Positions 1-11,073 of a DNA stretch of 64,000 bases are shown here, one piece after another. The stretch is taken from sequence record PQ390715.1; one strand, given 5' to 3'. The stretch's first letter is position 1; the number at the start of each line of letters is the position of its first letter. Under the pieces are notes generated by a model. It was given only the letters and a program-made list of their open reading frames with translations. It searched no databases and was not told the DNA's origin. A program made the position numbers and the translations under genes.

Positions 1-1
1 T

Positions 2-181
<180 letters not shown>

Positions 182-184
182 AAT

Positions 185-215
185 AAAAGGAGCAACATTT
201 TGTTGCTCCTTTTTT
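185..215. terminator. Bidirectional intrinsic terminator
   Basis: GGAGCAACA-ttt-TGTTGCTCC flanked by A and T runs, between convergent genes. Confidence 0.85.
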
Positions 216-216
216 A

Positions 217-1817
<1,601 letters not shown>

Positions 1818-1833
1818 ATATTATACCCATAAG

Positions 1834-1858
1834 AAAAGGGATTCTATGAATCCCTTTT
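1834..1858 (-). terminator. Stem-loop terminator after nrdB
   Basis: AAAAGGGATTC-tat-GAATCCCTTTT inverted repeat. Confidence 0.75.
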
Positions 1859-1867
1859 AGTTACAAT

Positions 1868-2992
1868 TTATAGTTTGAATGGTGTGAATGTATCTACTTG
1901 GATATCATTCACAATACCACCAATGATATAAGAACTTATTTCAGTTTCTTGTGGTGCAACTTGTACTGAACCACCACTAACCCAATGCTCAGTCCAAGGT
2001 AGTGGGTTACTCTTAGATACGGTATATGGACATTTAATTCCTAGTGCAGTCATACGCTTAGAACCAATCCAACGAACATATTGTTTTAGGATTTCTGCAT
2101 TCAGCCCAATGATTGAACCATCTTTAAAGAGGAAGTCTGCCCAAGCTTCTTCTTGACGGATAGCAGACATAAACATTTCCAGTACTTCATCATAACACTC
2201 TTCTGCTATTTTTACCATATCTGGATCTTCTTTTTTCAGAAGACGTAGAATCATTTGGGTTGCTGCTAGGTGTAGGTTTTCATCACGACAGATTAGACGG
2301 ATAATCTTAGCATTACCTTCCATTAGATTGTTTTCAGCAAACGCCCAAGAACACGCAAAGCTTGCATAAAAACGAACACCTTCAAGAATGTTAATACTAT
2401 TCAGACACAACCAAAGTTTTTTCTTTAGTTCGTACAAACTAATTTCAACTGTTTCACCATTGATTGTATGTGTCCCAACTCCCAATGCACGGTATAAAGT
2501 TCCTAATACATCAAGTTCATCGTAGTATTTGGAAACATCAGCCGCACAATCTGTGATTTCTGGAATGTCCAACATAGTATCAAATACTTCAGATGGATTA
2601 GGATAAATGTTACGAATAATGTGAGTGTATGATTTGCTATGAATCGCACCTTCAAAGAATGCCCATGTCTCTATAAAGTTCTCTAGTTCAGGTAGAGATG
2701 CATATGGAAGTAACATTAGGTTTGGACCACGACCTTGTACGGAATCAAGAAGAATTTGACGTTTCAAGTTAGAGGTAAAAATGTGCTTCTCGGAATCATT
2801 AAGGTTGGCAAAATCAATTTTATCTTTAGATACGTCAACTTCACCTGGAGTCCAGAAGAAACTTTTCTGTTGCTCTGTTAGTTTTTCAAGTGTAGAGTAT
2901 TTGTTACTTTCAAAGCGTTGGATATCAACACTTTCATCAAAAAACATATTTTTTTCTAGGTGAGACTTCTCGTTAATTTTGAAAACTGACAT
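1868..2992 (-). CDS. nrdB: Ribonucleotide reductase class Ia beta subunit
   Basis: FFWTPGEVD, LDSVQGRGP, IHSKSYTHII (radical Tyr), LEGVRFYASF, RDENLH, VAPQETEISSY. Confidence 0.97.
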   Translation of the reverse strand: MSVFKINEKSHLEKNMFFDESVDIQRFESNKYSTLEKLTEQQKSFFWTPGEVDVSKDKIDFANLNDSEKHIFTSNLKRQILLDSVQGRGPNLMLLPYASLPELENFIETWAFFEGAIHSKSYTHIIRNIYPNPSEVFDTMLDIPEITDCAADVSKYYDELDVLGTLYRALGVGTHTINGETVEISLYELKKKLWLCLNSINILEGVRFYASFACSWAFAENNLMEGNAKIIRLICRDENLHLAATQMILRLLKKEDPDMVKIAEECYDEVLEMFMSAIRQEEAWADFLFKDGSIIGLNAEILKQYVRWIGSKRMTALGIKCPYTVSKSNPLPWTEHWVSGGSVQVAPQETEISSYIIGGIVNDIQVDTFTPFKL

Positions 2993-3022
2993 ATATATTC
3001 CTTTATATATTTTGAAATAATA

Positions 3023-3040
3023 ATCCCGCCGAAGCGGGAT
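3023..3040 (-). terminator. UUCG hairpin between nrdA and nrdB
   Basis: ATCCCGC-TTCG-GCGGGAT on minus strand; weak U tract. Confidence 0.55.
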
Positions 3041-3046
3041 CTTAAA

Positions 3047-5365
3047 TTAGATTTTACAACTATCACAATCACCTTCATCCAAATCAGGAAGTGATGGTAA
3101 TACAAATTGTCCAGATTCTGGTTTGGCAGCTTCTTTCAGTACTTTTTCAACGTCTACTTCATCTGAACCATCATTTGTATTATGATAATAAAGATTTTTC
3201 AAACCAACTTTATATGCATACATAAGTTCAGTTAGAAGAGTTGACATTGGCAACTTACCATCAGGGAAGTGTATTGGGTTATAACTAGTATTAACACTGA
3301 TACTTTGGTCAATGTATTTTTGTAGAACACCACAGATTTGTAGATAACCAATGTTATCTTTCTGATCCCATAGTAAATCATATTTGTTTTTCAACTTATT
3401 GATTTCTGGAACTACTTGTTTAAGAATACCATCCTTAGATAGTTTCTTCGTTACAAGAGAACGTGGCTTTTCAATACCGTTAGTACTGTTACTGATTTGT
3501 GCACTTGTTTCTGCTGGCATTAATGCCATTGTTGTTGCGTTACGAATACCATATTCTTTGATATCGGCACGTAAGGATTCCCAATCTTGTTTTAGTTCTT
3601 TAGTTACTAATTCATCAATGTCCGATTTATAAGTATCGATTGGAAGGATACCTTTGGCATATTTTAGATTATCAAATCCTTCACACTTACCTTTCTCTTT
3701 AGCAAGCTGTACAGAAGATTTAATTAGATAGTAAGACCATGCCTCGGCCCACTCGTTAACTGTTTCTAGTGCTGCTTCATTATAACGTAAACCACGTTTA
3801 GCAAGGAAGTATGCAAAGTTAATAATACCAACACCTAGTGGACGATACATTTTTGTAGCACGGTCAGCATGAACTACTGGGTAGTCTTGATAGTCTAATA
3901 GAGAATCAAGAGCACGAACAGAAAGATCACATGCCGTTTCCATATCTTCTGGACGGTCAAAGTTACCCCAGTTGATTGCACTCAATGTACATAAACTAAT
4001 CAAACCTTCCCCAGTATTAATGTCATCAAATGGCAGAGATGGTAGTGCGATTTCTTGACACAAGTTGGATTGTTCAATAGGTGCAATAGATTCAATAAAT
4101 GTTGAATGAGTGTTTGCATGGTCAATATTTTGAATATAGATACGCCCAGTTTCAGCACGCTCAGTCATTAAAGTACTGAATACTTCAACAGCAGGTACGG
4201 ATTTTTTACGGATGCTTTGGTCAGCTTCGTATTTTTTATATAACTTTTCAAATTCTTTTTGATCAGAGCAGAATGCTTCATATAGCCCAGGGACTTCATT
4301 AGGACTAAAGAATGTAATATTCTTTCCATCAACCAAACGTTGATACAAAGTTTTGTTTACTTGGAAACAATAGTCCAGTTGACGCACACGGTTAAACTCA
4401 GTACCTTTGTTATTTTTAAGGACTACCAAGTTATCAAATTCCAAATGCCACAATGGGAAGTGAACAGTTGCTGCACCACCACGAACACCACCTTGTGAAC
4501 AGCTTTTAACAGTCTTAGCAGTAGCTGCAATGAACGGAATCAGCCCAGTGTGTACTGCATCACCTGAACGAATCTCGGAGTCCAGAGCACGAATGCGGCC
4601 CATATTAATACCAAGACCAGCTTTACGTGAAATATAACGTAGAATAGCGTGGTTAGAGGAACCAATACTATCCAAGCTGTCACCAACGTTTAGTACTACA
4701 CAAGAGCTAAACTGACGTGTATTTGTACGTAGACCAGCCATAATAGGCGTAGGAAGACTAATGTCAAAGTTACTTACTGCATCATAAAACTTTTTAACAT
4801 ATGACATACGAACAGAACGATCATACTCCATAAAGATGATTGCTGCAATAGTCATATATGCCATTTGTGGAGTTTCATAAATTTTCTTAGTAACGCGATT
4901 TTTGTAAAGGTATTTTCCTTCCCATTGACGCATTGCAACATAAGTAAATTTATCGTCACGTTTATGTTTGATATAACGTCCAAGCTCTTCTATTTCTTGA
5001 AGAGTATATTTCTCAAGAATTTCAGGATCATATATTTTGGTATCAACCATTTCTTGAAGATGAGCAGTATATTTAATTGGGTCATACTGCCCATATACTT
5101 GCTTACGAATACTATAGTTTAATAGTCTTCCAGCAACATATTGGTAATTAGGTGTATCTTCTGAAATAAGTTCTGCTGCTGCTTTAATAAGAATATCATG
5201 AATAGTACTAGTTTCAATACCTTCATAAAACTGAAGCTGTGCTCGGATTTCAATTTCAGAAACTGAAATACCACTTAAACCTTCAGCAGCGAAAAATAAA
5301 ATTTGATGGATCTTATCCAATGATAACGGCTCTTTCATTCCATTACGCTTGGTTACGTTAATCAT
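3047..5365 (-). CDS. nrdA: Ribonucleotide reductase class Ia alpha subunit with ATP cone
   Basis: N-terminal VTKRNG ATP cone, SSCVV, SNLCQEI, LCTLSAIN, LYYHN, C-terminal CDSC; no intein or intron. Confidence 0.98.
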   Translation of the reverse strand: MINVTKRNGMKEPLSLDKIHQILFFAAEGLSGISVSEIEIRAQLQFYEGIETSTIHDILIKAAAELISEDTPNYQYVAGRLLNYSIRKQVYGQYDPIKYTAHLQEMVDTKIYDPEILEKYTLQEIEELGRYIKHKRDDKFTYVAMRQWEGKYLYKNRVTKKIYETPQMAYMTIAAIIFMEYDRSVRMSYVKKFYDAVSNFDISLPTPIMAGLRTNTRQFSSCVVLNVGDSLDSIGSSNHAILRYISRKAGLGINMGRIRALDSEIRSGDAVHTGLIPFIAATAKTVKSCSQGGVRGGAATVHFPLWHLEFDNLVVLKNNKGTEFNRVRQLDYCFQVNKTLYQRLVDGKNITFFSPNEVPGLYEAFCSDQKEFEKLYKKYEADQSIRKKSVPAVEVFSTLMTERAETGRIYIQNIDHANTHSTFIESIAPIEQSNLCQEIALPSLPFDDINTGEGLISLCTLSAINWGNFDRPEDMETACDLSVRALDSLLDYQDYPVVHADRATKMYRPLGVGIINFAYFLAKRGLRYNEAALETVNEWAEAWSYYLIKSSVQLAKEKGKCEGFDNLKYAKGILPIDTYKSDIDELVTKELKQDWESLRADIKEYGIRNATTMALMPAETSAQISNSTNGIEKPRSLVTKKLSKDGILKQVVPEINKLKNKYDLLWDQKDNIGYLQICGVLQKYIDQSISVNTSYNPIHFPDGKLPMSTLLTELMYAYKVGLKNLYYHNTNDGSDEVDVEKVLKEAAKPESGQFVLPSLPDLDEGDCDSCKI

Positions 5366-5428
5366 GTGTCATCCTTGTTTTTTGATGTAAATTTCTTTTT
5401 TTAGTGGAAGAAAAAGGCGGGACGCCTT

Positions 5429-6010
5429 TTAAGGTTTGTCCCACCCACGATATACAAATTCTATATGATATCCTGAATTTAAATAATCCGAGTTAACTAT
5501 GTTAAATTGCATATTTCCAGTTGTAGAATCATATGCAGGATCTTCAAATGAGATAGAAATAATTGCGTCAGTTCTATTTGTATTATTTGACTGTGCAATC
5601 ATCGTGTTTGTACCAGCAGCTACAATTTGAATAGTTCCTGATTCCAAAACCGTTTCGGTATCATCATATGCAATATAATCGATGAATACTCTACTTTCAC
5701 TTTCAAGAATAACTTCTATACTTTCTTGATTTTGTGGAAGATCAACTTTAAACGGTCTGTTAATTATTTTTGATACCGTTCTCCACGGTGAAAATTCTGT
5801 AATTATTTCTACGTTTTCTTTACCTGAATTTGGATCAGTAGTCCAAGTTCTACCTGCAACTAAGCTGGCGGGGTCAGATGATGATGGAAGGCCAATAAAA
5901 ACACGACCCACATCAGTACTGAATCCTATCTGACCTTTTTCTAATGCATCAGGTAAGTCTCTCTGTTTACCAGTTCTTACTTGTTGTAAAGCAATTTGTT
6001 GTTGTGCCAT
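5429..6010 (-). CDS. Putative virion structural protein
   Basis: N-terminal LPDALEKGQIGFSTDVGRVFIG resembles the N-terminal attachment motif of fibre-type proteins. Confidence 0.5.
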   Translation of the reverse strand: MAQQQIALQQVRTGKQRDLPDALEKGQIGFSTDVGRVFIGLPSSSDPASLVAGRTWTTDPNSGKENVEIITEFSPWRTVSKIINRPFKVDLPQNQESIEVILESESRVFIDYIAYDDTETVLESGTIQIVAAGTNTMIAQSNNTNRTDAIISISFEDPAYDSTTGNMQFNIVNSDYLNSGYHIEFVYRGWDKP

Positions 6011-6038
6011 AAAAACTATCTCCTATAGTATTATAGGA

Positions 6039-6611
6039 TTATTTAGCTTTTTCTTTAACTTCCGCAATACGCTCATTAATTAGTTGAGATACAACTGAGC
6101 TATCTACAGAAGATAAAATTTGTTCTGGTACTAAAGATTTTAAATGTTTAACATAGTTGGAAACACTTTTAAATTCTTTAGTCTGTAATGCTTCTTTGAT
6201 AATGTCCAAATCTTCTTTAGATGAAACAACACGCTCAATAACGACTTCATCTTCTTCCAATTCAGGAGCAAGTTCTTCTGCAATAATTTCAACTTCTTCA
6301 GAAACTTTAACTTGTTCTTCACTATCAACAACATACTCTTGGATAACTTCTGGTGGTACATTGCGTGATACTTCATCAACACTAATATCTTGTGCAATTT
6401 GTTCTTTAATTTCTTCAACAGGTTTAGCACCACGTTGTTTATAATCTTTGATATTTAGAATTAGCTTATTTGATAAATCAAGTTTATCAATCTCTTCTTC
6501 ACTAAGTTTAATTACTTCTTCTAAATCATAACCTTTACTTACTAGTGCACGAATTGTATATAGATCTTGTTTCATTTTTTTATGCTGCTCCATTTGATTC
6601 AATTTCTCCAC
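6039..6611 (-). CDS. Acidic hypothetical protein
   Basis: 190 aa Glu-rich ORF overlapping the upstream gene. Confidence 0.75.
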   Translation of the reverse strand: MEKLNQMEQHKKMKQDLYTIRALVSKGYDLEEVIKLSEEEIDKLDLSNKLILNIKDYKQRGAKPVEEIKEQIAQDISVDEVSRNVPPEVIQEYVVDSEEQVKVSEEVEIIAEELAPELEEDEVVIERVVSSKEDLDIIKEALQTKEFKSVSNYVKHLKSLVPEQILSSVDSSVVSQLINERIAEVKEKAK

Positions 6612-7299
6612 GTAAAATATAGTATTGTTCTACACGTTCAATCCACATATTGACTGCATCTTTGAAGTCTTGACCTTCTATGACAAACTCTTGATATTGT
6701 AGATTGTTAGGATCTTTTCTTACACAGATGAAAATCACACCACGTTCTATATTAGTACCAAACATTTGATTATGGGCTAATGCATATGCTGCAATTTGCA
6801 TACGATAATTTTCGATTTGTCCCCACTTCTTAACTTTACGGGAATTTTTATAATCCATAATGGTTGGGATTCCATCATGAACACCTACTAAATCAGTTGT
6901 TCCGGCCCATAAACCTTCATAGTACAATGGGACTTCCTGTCCCCATACTTCATTAATTCTAGGCCATGCTTCTTGCTGAATTTTGTCAGCCATTCTACGT
7001 GCAAGAACTCGAATTGGCATACCGCCTTCATGGTCTGGCTTTCCTTCCAATCTAAATTCCAAGTTCTCATGCATAAAAGTACCAACTGTACATGCTTCTA
7101 ATGTAATCTCATTAGCCTTTTCTTCACCAACAAATTCTCTCCATTTCTTTAAACCTTCGTCATTCGAGGTCGCACTTAGAATTGTTGTTACTGACGGCAG
7201 ATTACCTGTTGGAGTTGAATAAAGGCGACCTTCTGGGCCGCCTTCAATTCTATTGTAACCAACATATGTATATCTGCTAACAATTGGTGGTGTGTACAT
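6580..7299 (-). CDS. PD-(D/E)XK exonuclease (Cas4/MGME1-like phage family)
   Basis: LPSVTTILS, GTFMHENLE, AGTTDLV, IMDYKNS, YRMQIAAY motifs. Confidence 0.88.
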   Translation of the reverse strand: MYTPPIVSRYTYVGYNRIEGGPEGRLYSTPTGNLPSVTTILSATSNDEGLKKWREFVGEEKANEITLEACTVGTFMHENLEFRLEGKPDHEGGMPIRVLARRMADKIQQEAWPRINEVWGQEVPLYYEGLWAGTTDLVGVHDGIPTIMDYKNSRKVKKWGQIENYRMQIAAYALAHNQMFGTNIERGVIFICVRKDPNNLQYQEFVIEGQDFKDAVNMWIERVEQYYILRGEIESNGAA

Positions 7300-7338
7300 C
7301 CGTGTACTCCTAATTATAGCATTATATTTTAATTTGTC

Positions 7339-7674
7339 TCAGTTTTTTTGTTTATTTGCTGTCACAGCAGCTTTTGTGGCCCAATCTTCAACTTGCTCTT
7401 CAGAATCTTGCTCGACTTCTTCTGAACCTTCTGCTGAATTTCCTGCAAAAGTTACAACATCAGAATTAGCATCCTGTACAAAAGGAAGGGAATTCAAAAT
7501 GTCCATCATTACATTGTATGGAACATCGATGTTGGTTCTCTTTTTAATTTCAGAAATCAAAGATTGAACATTTACTTCTTCTCGACCCGTGGACACTAAA
7601 GACAACGCAATAGTAGTAATCATATTGCGTATATCTTTACCAGGAGCCTCTTCAGTAAGATCACGAAATCTCAT
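7339..7674 (-). CDS. Hypothetical, probable internal head protein
   Basis: N-terminal MRFRDLTEE resembles a prohead-protease propeptide. Confidence 0.6.
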   Translation of the reverse strand: MRFRDLTEEAPGKDIRNMITTIALSLVSTGREEVNVQSLISEIKKRTNIDVPYNVMMDILNSLPFVQDANSDVVTFAGNSAEGSEEVEQDSEEQVEDWATKAAVTANKQKN

Positions 7675-7690
7675 GTAGAATTGTCCTTAA

Positions 7691-8347
7691 TTATTTTTTA
7701 ACGTATCCTAGAACACGTTTAACTTTCTTTTCATTCTCAGAAAGCCATGTTTTCATTTCTTCTTTTGAACTAAAGTATTTAGTACCCACAGTTCCGCGAA
7801 TACTTTCCATTTTTACACCAACTTTACTTGGTTTAACAGATTCTTTCATTTCACGTTCAGTTGGTACTGGCTCAGAGATAATGTCTTCTTCAAAGTCTGC
7901 GTCTGCATCCATATCAAAAGTTGGGGTATCTGCTGCAATATCAATATCAACATCTTCACTTCCAATATCAGAAACATCTGGACCGTCAGTGATATCACCA
8001 GTTAGTTTAAGTGTTTCAGTACTGATTTTGTCTTTTACATCCATTAAGGTAGTAACTGCATGTTGTAGTAGATGGCGAACATTATCACTAAAATTTTGTG
8101 CAGCATCTAGACCTTGCTCGGCTTTAATACGGTCAAGTAGTGGGCCTAGTACGTCAACACCCATGTTGTTAATAACCTCAGATTGACGTTGGAGTTTATC
8201 CACAATCTCACCTTTTACTGAAAGAACAATTTCTGCTTTTTCAATATTAGATTCATTTAGTTGAATAAACTTCATAGCTTCTGCACGAGAAGCTGCTTCC
8301 ATTAGTTTTTTATATTTTGACATTTGTATTTCCTTATAAAATATCAC
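7691..8347 (-). CDS. Hypothetical, probable virion (head) protein
   Basis: LNES/MKES/KMES motifs and an acidic linker. Confidence 0.6.
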   Translation of the reverse strand: MIFYKEIQMSKYKKLMEAASRAEAMKFIQLNESNIEKAEIVLSVKGEIVDKLQRQSEVINNMGVDVLGPLLDRIKAEQGLDAAQNFSDNVRHLLQHAVTTLMDVKDKISTETLKLTGDITDGPDVSDIGSEDVDIDIAADTPTFDMDADADFEEDIISEPVPTEREMKESVKPSKVGVKMESIRGTVGTKYFSSKEEMKTWLSENEKKVKRVLGYVKK

Positions 8348-8355
8348 TCATTTAT

Positions 8356-9027
8356 TTACTTTATATAACCTTCGCCTTTTAGAAAGTTTAATACACGCTC
8401 TTTTAATTTATACGCTTCAGCTTTCTTTTCTGCAATAATTATATCTAAATCTTTTGCTTCATCATACTTCGATTCATTAAGTACGCGTTGACGTTTCTGG
8501 GCTGCTTTCAATGCTTCACTAATCACATTCGTGTATTGAAGACCCGAACTGATTATACCAAGTACTTTTGCATCTGTCAACATTCTTCCTTCATTGAGAA
8601 GATTAACTAATGTAAGTGCTGCTTCATACATCATAATATTATTCATGATAATTTGTGAACTATGATTACACTTAATGCTATAAACTTTAGTAGATTTAGT
8701 ACCTTGTACTTTTTCTTCCACTAAACTCCAATTAGTTTTTGGTTTAAGAGGTGCTTGTGATGGTCGTGGCGAAGGTACTGGTGAATTCCCTGATAAATGT
8801 TCATTATACGGAGAATTGTATTGAACCATATGTGGATGTTGTGGTTCACCATAATCCATACCTGCTTCATTTAATGAAGTTAAAATAGAAGCCATAGCAC
8901 CGATATCACCACCAGTTTTATATGGAACCCCCGATGCGTTATGTGTTTCACCAGCTTCAATGTCATTCAATCCACTTAACAAATCAGCCATCTGATTAAC
9001 TGATTGTTGATCATATTCGTAATTCAT
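8356..9027 (-). CDS. Hypothetical, probable virion (head) protein
   Basis: LNEA/LNEG/LNES motifs; part of a coupled gene run. Confidence 0.6.
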   Translation of the reverse strand: MNYEYDQQSVNQMADLLSGLNDIEAGETHNASGVPYKTGGDIGAMASILTSLNEAGMDYGEPQHPHMVQYNSPYNEHLSGNSPVPSPRPSQAPLKPKTNWSLVEEKVQGTKSTKVYSIKCNHSSQIIMNNIMMYEAALTLVNLLNEGRMLTDAKVLGIISSGLQYTNVISEALKAAQKRQRVLNESKYDEAKDLDIIIAEKKAEAYKLKERVLNFLKGEGYIK

Positions 9028-9242
9028 TTACTACTCCTAACTGTTTGGTAAGATTCAGTACCGTCATCATTTTCTATTTTATTTAGAACACCACGTGATA
9101 CCATCTTATCAGCTAATTCCTGATAATATTCATTTACCTTTTCAACTGGAACAGTACCGCGTGCTTTTATCTTTTGTAATAGTTTATATTCTTCATTAGA
9201 AACCATTGTATTGTGACCATGCACATTTAGTACTGTTCTCAT
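9024..9242 (-). CDS. Small hypothetical protein
   Basis: 72 aa ORF translationally coupled at both ends. Confidence 0.7.
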   Translation of the reverse strand: MRTVLNVHGHNTMVSNEEYKLLQKIKARGTVPVEKVNEYYQELADKMVSRGVLNKIENDDGTESYQTVRSSK

Positions 9243-10240
9243 TAACGACCTCGCATACGATGACAGAAATCGATAATTTGGTCTACCATGTCATCATTAT
9301 CAGATTGTGATGTGTTTGCCATAACACTTTCATCACCATAGATATCATCTTCTTTTTCAATATCAGAAATTGCATGTATCATTTCGCCCATACCAGGTGC
9401 GTGATGTGACAATGGTGATGGTGTATCAGGATTACTATCAGGCTCTAAACTGGAATTAGCCATAAGTTCACTGTTAATTTCTTGTGGAGATTTTTCTTCA
9501 CGAATTGGATTATTTTGATTATCAATAGGATTAACATCACTCAAAGGAAAAACGTTCAACTCATTTGGCTTAGTCCCACTTTTAGTAATAACTAATGATT
9601 GCTCCGGTGTTTGTCCTGGGTCAACACCAACTACAGGTTCAACCGAATCTGTCCCGCTTTGTGTACCAGGAACACTAACTTTCATATTATTAGCATTTCT
9701 TTGCAACTCAGCTTGTTTCATTTTAGCTTGAGTTTGTGGATTGACTTGTTGTTGACCCTGAGAAACATTCATTTTAGCAATTTGTTTTGCTTGCATTTGT
9801 GTGGCTTGATTTTGTAAATCTTCAAATACAATTGCTTTTAATTCTTGTGTGGTTAGTTTTGTTATATCTGAATATGTATAATTTTTATGATACTCTTCTG
9901 CTAATTGCTTTAGTGACATTGAATCAACAATACTATGAAGTTCAGTACTTTCATTAATATGTTTGTTAACATTTTTAGTACTAAAATAATTATAACATTC
10001 ACTCATCTGTGCTTTGTATTTTTGTAAAATTTGGAATATTTCACGATTGTCAGAATTATCAATCGCAGAATTTAAAGTGATAAAATCACCTGCATCCATA
10101 TTATCAAGAATAACAGAAACATCAACATTCAAATTATGTGCATCTGCGAACTTTTGAAGTTCAGTTGCTGTTTGGTTTATATCCATAATTTCTCCATATA
10201 AAATAAAAAGACCTCTGTCTTGCTTTATGATATTTATCAC
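9242..10240 (-). CDS. Hypothetical, probable virion protein (Gln-rich)
   Basis: 332 aa; INES and IREE motifs; Gln-rich middle. Confidence 0.65.
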   Translation of the reverse strand: MINIIKQDRGLFILYGEIMDINQTATELQKFADAHNLNVDVSVILDNMDAGDFITLNSAIDNSDNREIFQILQKYKAQMSECYNYFSTKNVNKHINESTELHSIVDSMSLKQLAEEYHKNYTYSDITKLTTQELKAIVFEDLQNQATQMQAKQIAKMNVSQGQQQVNPQTQAKMKQAELQRNANNMKVSVPGTQSGTDSVEPVVGVDPGQTPEQSLVITKSGTKPNELNVFPLSDVNPIDNQNNPIREEKSPQEINSELMANSSLEPDSNPDTPSPLSHHAPGMGEMIHAISDIEKEDDIYGDESVMANTSQSDNDDMVDQIIDFCHRMRGR

Positions 10241-10242
10241 AA

Positions 10243-10635
10243 TTAAGAAAAGGTCTGTTTGCTGATGCTAATGTTAATATCATCACCAGATGTGATAAAT
10301 TTTGTTATTCGTTTTCCATTTAATTCGGTTGGTAGAACCAATGGTATACCATTCAAACGAAGTTCGACATCCATTGGTAATGCGAATTTGAATGTGCTTA
10401 TGGTACATTTTCCCCAAGAAATTGGCATGTTATAAAAAGATGAATTATTATCTTTATATAAATCGACTTCATTTTTAACAACGCTTACCATCATTGGATA
10501 GTCATATACCATAATAGCTTCCAACAACCTAGACAAGTTCATAGCACCAGTGAACTTAGAATCTATGATTGTTGGGGTTTTACCATCACCAATATCTACT
10601 ACAGTGTGAATTGTGTAGAATGTATATGGTTTCAT
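10243..10635 (-). CDS. Hypothetical protein
   Basis: 130 aa ORF, coupled to neighbours. Confidence 0.7.
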   Translation of the reverse strand: MKPYTFYTIHTVVDIGDGKTPTIIDSKFTGAMNLSRLLEAIMVYDYPMMVSVVKNEVDLYKDNNSSFYNMPISWGKCTISTFKFALPMDVELRLNGIPLVLPTELNGKRITKFITSGDDINISISKQTFS

Positions 10636-10796
10636 TCTTTGTCCTTATCTTTTTTCTCTACGACTTTGTATCCAAAGAAGTTAGTAGGAGGCAATCTACG
10701 ATGTAATGGATAATGTAAACCAGTACTGACTGATGCAATAGCACCTGCTGAAGTAGCTCCAGAAGATGCATTTTCTTTGATATTCTTTTTCTTCAT
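10632..10796 (-). CDS. Small protein carrying a capsid-like E-ASSGATSAG motif
   Basis: Start re-assigned to MKKKNIKE (AAGGA RBS); KENASSGATSAGAIA resembles capsid TESATSGATTAGNIA. Confidence 0.6.
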   Translation of the reverse strand: MKKKNIKENASSGATSAGAIASVSTGLHYPLHRRLPPTNFFGYKVVEKKDKDKE

Positions 10797-10797
10797 A

Positions 10798-11070
10798 TTA
10801 ATTTCCTTTATTACGTTTTTCATCAAGTGCTATATTCTCTAACCCTTTTTGAAACTTTTTATAATCTCGGTTTTTTATACTTAGAAATAAGCGTTTTTTT
10901 AAATCTTCAGCATCAGTTTGGTTAAACTCATCTTCAATGCTCTCCAATAAATGAATCACAGAGTTTATTGCGTGGTCGGCACGATTACTAAAACTCTGTA
11001 ATGTATCTTTCTCTGGTGTATAGTCAACTATACTATCAAGTAGATTCTTTTTATTGGATTTACTAGACAT
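10798..11070 (-). CDS. Hypothetical protein
   Basis: 90 aa helical ORF downstream of the helicase. Confidence 0.7.
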   Translation of the reverse strand: MSSKSNKKNLLDSIVDYTPEKDTLQSFSNRADHAINSVIHLLESIEDEFNQTDAEDLKKRLFLSIKNRDYKKFQKGLENIALDEKRNKGN

Positions 11071-11073
11071 TTA

